From Promethearchaeota archaeon (GTDB lineage: Archaea; Asgardarchaeota; Lokiarchaeia; Sigyniarchaeales; SOKP01), in NCBI GenBank assembly GCA_048938005.1, contig JBHLMQ010000009.1, positions 41,271 to 105,270 on the forward strand: DNA of 64,000 nucleotides, written 5' to 3'. The first letter of the stretch is position 1; every line of letters starts with the position of its first letter. This document shows positions 18,941 to 26,996 of this stretch, one piece after another. A program made the position numbers and the translations under genes. The notes beneath the pieces were generated by a model. It was not told the DNA's origin. It did not search any database and worked only from the letters and a program-made list of their open reading frames with translations.

Positions 18941-21601
18941 ATGGATTTATCTACAGATAAATTTATACAAATAATTGAAAGTATTAAAGAATGTTATTTT
19001 GAAGTTGATTTAAAAGGTACTTTTACTTTTTTTAACGAATCATTATGCAAACTTACTGGATATTCAAGAGAAGAATTATTGGGGTTAAATTATAAATATA
19101 TTGCTGATGAAGAAAATCGAAAAAAAGTGTTTAAAGGGTTTAACACTGTTTACACAACAGGTTTACCATTAACTGATTTACAATATGAATTCAGGAATAA
19201 AAATGGAGCCAAAATAATTGGTGAAACATCCGTATATTTAAAGTTTGACTCTAAAGGAAATAAAACTGGTTTTTATGGATTATTTCGCGATATCACTAAA
19301 AAAATAGAGGAAGAAAAAAAATTTAAAAAAGAATTAAAACAACTTCTCAATTTAAGAACTCAAGAGTTAAGAGAATCAGAAGAAAAGTATAGGAACCTAC
19401 TCGAAAACTTAGATGTTGGTTTTTATTCTACAACATTAGATGGTCGAATGCTTAATCATAATAGAGCACATAATATTATTTTAGGATATGATCCATCAGA
19501 GAATTTGAAAAATAAAGATGTTAGGGCATTTTGGCAATATCCAGAACAAAGAGAGGATTACATAAAACTTATTCTTAAAAATGGAATCGCGAAAAATTAT
19601 ATATGTTATGCTTTAACTAAAGATGGTAAAAAAATTGTTGTCGAGTTGAATTCTTATTTAATCAGAAATGAAAGTGGAGATCCGATTAGAATTGATGGCA
19701 CGTTTTTTGATGTCACAGAAAAATTCAACTTGGAAAGAAAATTAAAAATATCAGAAGAAAAGTACAGAAACTTGGTAGAGAATGCTCAAGAAGGCGTGTG
19801 GGCCGTAGATGAAAATGATGATACAATCTTTGTTAATCCAAAAATATGTGAAATGCTTGGATATACTAGAGATGAAATTATGGGTGAAAATCTACATTTA
19901 TTTTTAGAAGATCCAATGATAGAATTGATCAATAGTTATCGAAAACGTAGGGAGAAGGGCTTGAAAGATACTTATGAACTTGAATTTATAAAAAAAGATA
20001 GAACAATATTAAGCACAAGTATAAATGCTGCTCCAATTTTGAATGAAGATGGAGATTTCAAGGGTTCATTTGCTTTCATTAATGATATAACAAATAGGAA
20101 AATCGCGGAGCAAAATTTAAAAAAATCTGAAGAAAAGTATCGAGCTTTATTCGAAAATTCTCCCAATATGATAGTATTATTAAATTTAGAAGGAGAAATC
20201 ATTGATCTTAACCCTGAAATCCTTAATTTTTATGGATATGAAAAAGATGATTTTCTCCATAAAAATTTTAGAACTCTTAATACTTTTCCAATGGAAGATT
20301 TGCCGAGAGTTGTAGAGGTATATAAAAAACTGATTAATAAAGAAGATGTAGAACCCATAGAACTTCAATTTTATAATAAAGATGGAAGTATAACATGGGT
20401 GAATTCTCTAGCAAATTTAGTAGAAATAGAAAATGAAGCTTATATACAAGTTATAGTACAAGATATTAACGAACGTAAAATAGCGGAACTGAAATTAAAA
20501 GAATCCGAAGAAAGATATCGCAATTTAATTGAAACTGTACCATTTTCAATAGCTTTAATCGATCGACAAGGAAAAATCGTTTATACTAATCCAACAATTG
20601 AAAAGTTATTAGGGTATAGTCAAGATGAATTAATTGGACACGAGTTCAAAAATATTCCAGCAATTAATCCAAATTATATTCCAATTACGCTTAAACGATT
20701 TCAAAAGGTTTTAAAAGGTGAGATTTTGCCCCCATTAGAAATAGAGTTACATAAGAAAGATGGTAGTTTAATTTGGATAAAATATCAAACTTCTTTAGTT
20801 AAATTAGGAAATGATGTTTTAATGCAAGCAGTTATAAATGACATTACAGAACAGAAAAAGGCAGATCTTCTAATAGAAGAAGAAATCCTAAAACTTAAAG
20901 AATTAGATCAGATTAGAAAAGATTTAATTTCTCGAGTTTCACATGAATTGAAAACCCCTTTAGTTTCCATTTGTGGAGCTGCTGAACTTCTTCTAGATTT
21001 ATTTATAGAAGAATTTAAAGACGAACCAAAAGAACTAATTGAAATGATTGAAAAAGGTGGCAGAAGATTAAAATACCTAGTTGATAATCTGGTTGATATT
21101 ACAAGGATAGAATATAAAAAATTCGAATTAGAGAAATATCCAAATGATATTAATCAATTAATTAGAGATTGTGTAAGAGAAATGATGTATCTCATAAATA
21201 AACGTAAATTGAATTTAAAACTTGAACTTCATGATGGATTATTCTTAGAAATTGACAAAATAAGAATTGAACAAGTAGTATTAAATCTTCTATCTAATGC
21301 AATTAAAAATACTCCTCCTAATGGAAAAATCACAGTAAAATCATTAAAAAAAAACAATTATGTGGAAATATCAATAAGTGACACTGGAATTGGCCTTACC
21401 AAGGAAGAGATGGATAAACTATTTACGAGGTTTGGCAAGATTGAAAGATATGGAAATGGATTAGAATTTATTGATATCCAAGGAACTGGACTTGGATTAT
21501 ATATTTCAAAAGAAATAATAGATTTACATGAAGGTCAAATTTGGGTCGAATCTGAAGGGAGGGATAAAGGTAGTATATTTACAATTAAAATACCAATATA
21601 A
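18941..21601 (+). CDS. Cytoplasmic multi-PAS (5 PAS) sensor histidine kinase
   Basis: Repeated SEEKYR...DIT PAS/PAC units, H-box SHELKTPL, NLLSNAIK, DTGIG, GTGLGL; no TM segments. Confidence 0.95.
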   Translation: MDLSTDKFIQIIESIKECYFEVDLKGTFTFFNESLCKLTGYSREELLGLNYKYIADEENRKKVFKGFNTVYTTGLPLTDLQYEFRNKNGAKIIGETSVYLKFDSKGNKTGFYGLFRDITKKIEEEKKFKKELKQLLNLRTQELRESEEKYRNLLENLDVGFYSTTLDGRMLNHNRAHNIILGYDPSENLKNKDVRAFWQYPEQREDYIKLILKNGIAKNYICYALTKDGKKIVVELNSYLIRNESGDPIRIDGTFFDVTEKFNLERKLKISEEKYRNLVENAQEGVWAVDENDDTIFVNPKICEMLGYTRDEIMGENLHLFLEDPMIELINSYRKRREKGLKDTYELEFIKKDRTILSTSINAAPILNEDGDFKGSFAFINDITNRKIAEQNLKKSEEKYRALFENSPNMIVLLNLEGEIIDLNPEILNFYGYEKDDFLHKNFRTLNTFPMEDLPRVVEVYKKLINKEDVEPIELQFYNKDGSITWVNSLANLVEIENEAYIQVIVQDINERKIAELKLKESEERYRNLIETVPFSIALIDRQGKIVYTNPTIEKLLGYSQDELIGHEFKNIPAINPNYIPITLKRFQKVLKGEILPPLEIELHKKDGSLIWIKYQTSLVKLGNDVLMQAVINDITEQKKADLLIEEEILKLKELDQIRKDLISRVSHELKTPLVSICGAAELLLDLFIEEFKDEPKELIEMIEKGGRRLKYLVDNLVDITRIEYKKFELEKYPNDINQLIRDCVREMMYLINKRKLNLKLELHDGLFLEIDKIRIEQVVLNLLSNAIKNTPPNGKITVKSLKKNNYVEISISDTGIGLTKEEMDKLFTRFGKIERYGNGLEFIDIQGTGLGLYISKEIIDLHEGQIWVESEGRDKGSIFTIKIPI

Positions 21602-21642
21602 TTATAAAAAAAGTAGAAATTACAATAAAAATTGAGTGGCGA

Positions 21643-24270
21643 ATGACATATAATAGGGAAGAAATAAGAGAAAGTTACAGAAATTTGTTTGAACATTCAT
21701 TAGATTTAATTTATGTAAGTGATTTAGAGGGAAATTTTCTGGATGCTAATGATCTTACCTTAATTTCCTTGGGTTATGAAAGGGAAGATATTCCAAATGT
21801 TAAATTTTTAGATCTCCTTGAAGAAGATGAATTAATTATAGCATATGAGGCTTTAAAGGAAATAATAAGGACAGGAAAGCAGTCTAAACGTAGAGAATAT
21901 AAAATAAGAGCAAAAAATGGTAATTTTATTTTTGTAGAAACATATGCCATGCCATTAAAGAAAAATGGAAAAATCTATGCAATTTTAGGCATTGGCAAAA
22001 ATATCACTGATCACAAGAAAGCAGAACAAAAATTAAGAGATTCTGAAGAAATGTTTAGAGCACTGTATAAAGAGGGACCAATTGCTACTTATACTTGGAA
22101 AAAACTTAATGCGGATTTTGTTTTCATCGAATTTAATAATGCGGCTGACGGGATAACCAATGGGAATGCTGTAAATGTTTTGGGCCATAGAGCTTCTGAA
22201 ATATATAAAGATAGACCAGATATTTTGAAAGATTTACATATGTGTTTTAATCAGAAAAAGAATATTACGAGAGAGATGAAATATAAATTTCAGTTTACTA
22301 CAGAAGAAAAATATCTTTTAGTAAAATATGGCTATGTTAAACCAGATTTAGTGATTGTTCAAACTGAAGATATAACTGAAAAGAGAGTGGCAGAAGAACA
22401 ATTAAAAGAATCAGAATTAAAATATCGCAATATGATTAATAACTTAGATGTTGGATTTTATCAAGTATCCTTAGATGGTGTATTATTAACACATAATCCT
22501 GCTTATAATAAAATCTTAGGGTTTGAAATATCAGAACATTTAAGAAATACAAATGTAACTGAATTATGGCAACAACCTGAACTTCGAAAAGAGTACTTGA
22601 AGCAAATTTTCAGAGACAATTATGTTAGAGGTTATACTTGCCATGCATTAAAAAAAAGCGCTGAAAAAATTGTTTTAGAATTGAATTCACATTTGATCAG
22701 AGACAAGCGAGGAAACCCAGTTAGAATAGATGGAACATTTATAGACATTACTGAAAAATTCACTTTAGAACGTGAGTTAAAAGAATCTGAAGAAAAGTTC
22801 AGAAATATTGCTGAACAGTCAATATTAGGGATCGCTATTTTACAAGATGGAAAGTTTAAATATGTAAATCAAAGATTAGCTGCTATTGGAGGTCTTACTC
22901 CAGAAGAAATGAAGGAATGGGGGGCAGGAGAATTCCTTAATATGGCTCATCCAAAAGATAGAGAAATGATTGCTGAACAGGCAAGAAAAAAGCAGATAGG
23001 GGAGAAAGATGTTATAAATCATTATCAATTTAGAGGTTTTAAAAAAACAGGAGAATTGTTTCATGGAGAACTTTTTTCAAAAAGTATTAATTATCAAGGA
23101 AGAGTTGCAGATTTCATTACTGTTATCGATATTACCGATAAAATACAAGCTGAAAAAAAATTTTTAGAATCTGAAAAAAAATATCGTTATCTCTATGAAA
23201 ATACTCCATTTTCTATTGTTCTTATAAATTCTAAAGGTGAAATTGTGGATTGTAATCCAAGAACGGAAATACTGTTTGGATACTCAAAGACTGATTTAAT
23301 AGGTAAAAAATTTCACAAAATTTCAGTAATACATTCAGATTATTTACCAACTATTATGGATCTTTTTAAGAAATTCATTAAAGGTGAGATCGTTCATCGA
23401 ATTGATCTAAAAATGTATAAAAAGGATGGAACTTTAGTATGGGTAAATTTGCAAGCTTCATTAGTTCAATTGGAAAAAGAATATTTTGTTCAGGCTTTAT
23501 TTACTGATATTTCAAAACGAAAAGAAGCCGAATTCTTAATTAATGAAGAAATTATAAAATTGAAAGAACTTGACCAAATAAGAAAAAATTTAATATCAAG
23601 AGTTGCCCATGAGTTAAAGACACCTCTTGCTTCTGTTTGTGGAGGTTCAGAGTTTCTTACTAGTGTTTATAATAACCAAATGGGAAAAGAAGAATTAGAG
23701 ATTCTCTCTTTAATTACCAAAGGAGGAAACAGATTAAAATATTTAGTGGATAATTTAATTGACATTTCGAAAATAGAATATGATAAGTTCAAGCTCAAAA
23801 AGCAAATGAGTGATATATGTGAATTGATAAAAGAATCTTCTAGAGAAATGAATCACTTTTTAAATAATAGAGAACTAACTCTCAATTTAGAGTTACCTGA
23901 CAAACTATACATAAAGATTGATAGAATTAGATTTGAACAAGTTATTATGAATTTGTTATCAAATGCAATTAAAAATACCCCTCCAAAAGGAAGTATTACT
24001 GTTAAAGTAGAAAAGCAAGAAAATTGGGTACTCCTCTCTGTGAGTGATACAGGAGTAGGATTAACCAGAGAGGAGATGGAAATAATATTCACTCGATTTG
24101 GTAAAATAGAAAGATATGGAGAAGGATTAGAATACATTGATATTCAAGGTTCTGGGCTTGGATTGTTTATTTCAAAAGAAATTGTGGATTTACATGGAGG
24201 TAATATTAGAGTTGAATCAGAAGGTAGACATAAAGGAAGTAATTTTATTGTAAAGTTACCAATGAATTAA
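21643..24270 (+). CDS. Cytoplasmic multi-PAS (5 PAS) sensor histidine kinase, paralogue of the upstream gene
   Basis: AHELKTPL, NLLSNAIK, DTGVG, GSGLGL; kinase core very similar to 18941..21601. Confidence 0.95.
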   Translation: MTYNREEIRESYRNLFEHSLDLIYVSDLEGNFLDANDLTLISLGYEREDIPNVKFLDLLEEDELIIAYEALKEIIRTGKQSKRREYKIRAKNGNFIFVETYAMPLKKNGKIYAILGIGKNITDHKKAEQKLRDSEEMFRALYKEGPIATYTWKKLNADFVFIEFNNAADGITNGNAVNVLGHRASEIYKDRPDILKDLHMCFNQKKNITREMKYKFQFTTEEKYLLVKYGYVKPDLVIVQTEDITEKRVAEEQLKESELKYRNMINNLDVGFYQVSLDGVLLTHNPAYNKILGFEISEHLRNTNVTELWQQPELRKEYLKQIFRDNYVRGYTCHALKKSAEKIVLELNSHLIRDKRGNPVRIDGTFIDITEKFTLERELKESEEKFRNIAEQSILGIAILQDGKFKYVNQRLAAIGGLTPEEMKEWGAGEFLNMAHPKDREMIAEQARKKQIGEKDVINHYQFRGFKKTGELFHGELFSKSINYQGRVADFITVIDITDKIQAEKKFLESEKKYRYLYENTPFSIVLINSKGEIVDCNPRTEILFGYSKTDLIGKKFHKISVIHSDYLPTIMDLFKKFIKGEIVHRIDLKMYKKDGTLVWVNLQASLVQLEKEYFVQALFTDISKRKEAEFLINEEIIKLKELDQIRKNLISRVAHELKTPLASVCGGSEFLTSVYNNQMGKEELEILSLITKGGNRLKYLVDNLIDISKIEYDKFKLKKQMSDICELIKESSREMNHFLNNRELTLNLELPDKLYIKIDRIRFEQVIMNLLSNAIKNTPPKGSITVKVEKQENWVLLSVSDTGVGLTREEMEIIFTRFGKIERYGEGLEYIDIQGSGLGLFISKEIVDLHGGNIRVESEGRHKGSNFIVKLPMN

Positions 24271-24290
24271 TTTATCTTTAAAAAAGAAAA

Positions 24291-24878
24291 TCATTTAATT
24301 TTAGCTAAATTATATCCCTCTTCGATTAATTCATAGTTAATTTTACCTAAATTTTCTCCCATTCGCTTAAAAACAACAGCTTTCAAATTATCTAAATTTA
24401 AGTCTGATAATGCTTTAGAAAGTAAACCTAGAATCGGTGTGTTAATTACTGGATTTCCATCAATAGTAAGATTTTTTTCTATCGCTAGTTTGCTAATATC
24501 TGCAACAACAATCTTAGTGTTTTTGCTTATATTAAACTTAGAAACAAAATATTCTGGTTCCTTTGCAGAATTGATTATAAAAATTCCATCTTTTCTTAAA
24601 GAAGAAACAATCTCTTGGTTCAATACAGTTTCATCAAATATTATTAAAATATTCGGATTTTCTATTTGAGCTCTATCCCATATTGTATCTGTACGAGATA
24701 GTTTAGCATATGCTTGAACGGGAGCGCCTCTCCTTTCTGCTCCAAATGAAGGATATGCATGTACGTCCACGAAATTACCACTTAGGTACGCAGCTTCAGC
24801 AATAATTTCACAAGCGGTTACAGCTCCCTGACCTCCTCTTCCATGAATAATAATTTCAATATTCTCTTTTTCATCCAT
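24291..24878 (-). CDS. porC: 2-oxoacid:ferredoxin oxidoreductase gamma subunit
   Basis: HGRGGQGAVT, PSFGAERRGAPV, NTPILG. Confidence 0.92.
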   Translation of the reverse strand: MDEKENIEIIIHGRGGQGAVTACEIIAEAAYLSGNFVDVHAYPSFGAERRGAPVQAYAKLSRTDTIWDRAQIENPNILIIFDETVLNQEIVSSLRKDGIFIINSAKEPEYFVSKFNISKNTKIVVADISKLAIEKNLTIDGNPVINTPILGLLSKALSDLNLDNLKAVVFKRMGENLGKINYELIEEGYNLAKIK

Positions 24879-25087
24879 ATAAAAAGCCCAAAAAAAAGGG
24901 ATAAATATTATTTAATATGAAGTTTACCTAATAATATAAAATTTTTTTAAATTTCTTTTATGAGCATTATTATAAAATGAAAATTACTGTCGCAATTCTT
25001 TAAGGAAAAAAATATTTAGAGGATAAAGATAAAATAAATTAGCATTAATATAATAATTAATTATCATAAGATCTATGTGAAAGTATC

Positions 25088-25933
25088 ATGAGAAATGAAA
25101 CTGGACATTTTAAAGGAAGAGAATTGAAAAAATTATTTTATCAATCTTGGATACCAGATTCTGGAGAAATAAAGGCATATATTATAGCTGTTCATGGATG
25201 GGGAACTCATTCTGACAGATTAAAAACCCCTGCGAAATATTTTACAGAAAAAGGGTATGCCATTTATGCATTTGATTTACGTGGGCATTGGAGAAATTTA
25301 GGTGATATCCCTGGCCATATTGATAGCATGGATCATATTCAAAAAGATACGCTTCTTTTCATGGATTTTATTCTGGAGATTGCCAAAAATAAAAAAATAT
25401 TTTTGATGGGACATTCTTTTGGAGGTTTAGTTAGTTTAATTTTTGCAATAAACCATCCTAATTTGTCAGGAGCCTTAATTTCGTCTCCATTATTAGGGAT
25501 GTTTTTAAGATTATCAATGGGCAAGAAAGTTATAAAATCAATATCTAAAACTCTCGCTAGATTAGCCCCTAATAAGATATTAGACAATATTATTGATCAG
25601 AATCAATTAACAAGTGATTTAAAGATATTACGACAACATATTGCTGATAAACATAAAATAGAAGTCATATCAGCTAAATCAGCAATAGAGATAGATAGAT
25701 CCTCGAAATGGGCAATGGAGAATGCATCGAAATTACTTTGTCCAATACTACTTATGCAAGCCGGTGAAGATAAAATTGTAGATAAAGGAAAGACAAAACA
25801 GTTTTTTGAACGAGTTAGAAGCAAAGATAAGACTTACCGTGAATATGATGGTTTTCTACATGAACTATGGAACGAAAAAGGCAGAGCCCAAGTTTATCAA
25901 GATATGTTTGTATGGCTCGAAAAACATTTGTAA
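25088..25933 (+). CDS. Lysophospholipase / monoacylglycerol lipase
   Basis: VHGWGTH, FDLRGH, GHSFGG, DKIV, GFLHEL. Confidence 0.88.
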   Translation: MRNETGHFKGRELKKLFYQSWIPDSGEIKAYIIAVHGWGTHSDRLKTPAKYFTEKGYAIYAFDLRGHWRNLGDIPGHIDSMDHIQKDTLLFMDFILEIAKNKKIFLMGHSFGGLVSLIFAINHPNLSGALISSPLLGMFLRLSMGKKVIKSISKTLARLAPNKILDNIIDQNQLTSDLKILRQHIADKHKIEVISAKSAIEIDRSSKWAMENASKLLCPILLMQAGEDKIVDKGKTKQFFERVRSKDKTYREYDGFLHELWNEKGRAQVYQDMFVWLEKHL

Positions 25934-25970
25934 TAGGAAAAAAAAATAAAGGGTTAATTTAATAAAAAGA

Positions 25971-26792
25971 TTATCTACCTTTGAATTTGGGGTCTGTTTT
26001 TGCTATAGATGCTCTAACGGCTGCTCGCCAATCAGATGTACGTAATGCTGCAGCATTATTTTCAGTCTCTAAATCTAATAATTTAATTAAAATCTCTCTA
26101 AAATAATTATGCATTGTCTTTTTCATCAATTTAATACTTAAACTTGGACCTTTTGGTGGTATTAGCCTTAGAGCTTGCTCTCTAGCAAAGGGTATTAATT
26201 TTTCTAAAGGTAGGACTTTGTTTACTAAACCAAGTTTTTCGGCCTGCTGAGCTGTTATTTTATCACCAAAATATGCAATTTCTTTAGCTTTTTGAAAACC
26301 AACGAGAAATGGGAGCGTGAAGTGCGCTCCAAAAATGGGAAGGACTGCATTCCTTACAAAATAATATCCTATCCACGCATCTTCTGCCATATAAATTAAA
26401 TCAGCCCCTACTTGACACATGGTTATAGCAGAACCTATGGCTAAACCGTTTATTGCAGCTATAACAGGTTTTGAAAAATCCCAGAATTTTAAGCTTAACC
26501 TTTTATTTGTAAGGTCTGAAACATCTATTTGTTCTTTAATATCTGGAGGAAGTGATGTTAGATAATCTATTTTAATATAATCACCAGAAGAGAAAGCATT
26601 AGCCTCCTTACAACCCGTTATAATAAGAACTCTTGCATTTTTATCTTCTTCCATATCATCTAAAACCGTTTCAATTTCTAAAAAAGTAACTAACGACAAG
26701 GCATTCTTTCGTTTAGGAATATTCAAGGTTATTGTACAAATCCCATTTTCTTCTTTTTCGTAAATGATATCAGTAAAATATTCAATGTTCAT
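25971..26792 (-). CDS. Enoyl-CoA hydratase/isomerase (crotonase) family protein
   Basis: ITLN.P...NAL, FSSG, KPVIAAINGLAIG, A.KLGLVNKV, PKFKGR. Confidence 0.9.
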   Translation of the reverse strand: MNIEYFTDIIYEKEENGICTITLNIPKRKNALSLVTFLEIETVLDDMEEDKNARVLIITGCKEANAFSSGDYIKIDYLTSLPPDIKEQIDVSDLTNKRLSLKFWDFSKPVIAAINGLAIGSAITMCQVGADLIYMAEDAWIGYYFVRNAVLPIFGAHFTLPFLVGFQKAKEIAYFGDKITAQQAEKLGLVNKVLPLEKLIPFAREQALRLIPPKGPSLSIKLMKKTMHNYFREILIKLLDLETENNAAALRTSDWRAAVRASIAKTDPKFKGR

Positions 26793-26996
26793 TTTTACCC
26801 TCTATTAGTTTTGTTTTGATTATCTATTGATACTAATAATTTAACTTTAAACTTTTTATATGTTTATTATTTATTCTTTTAACGTAATCTATTTCTCAGC
26901 AATTCAAATTATTAAATTTGTAATAAATAGAATTAATTTCTATTAAAAATTAATACACTTGTAGCATTTAATTCTAAATTACAACTTAATTTCTTA

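Noticed and set aside
18941-24270. Repeated DNA segments as a CRISPR array or mobile-element repeats
   Set aside because: The repeats are coding PAS linkers and paralogous kinase domains. I saw no regularly spaced identical repeats, cas genes, transposase or terminal inverted repeats in the window.
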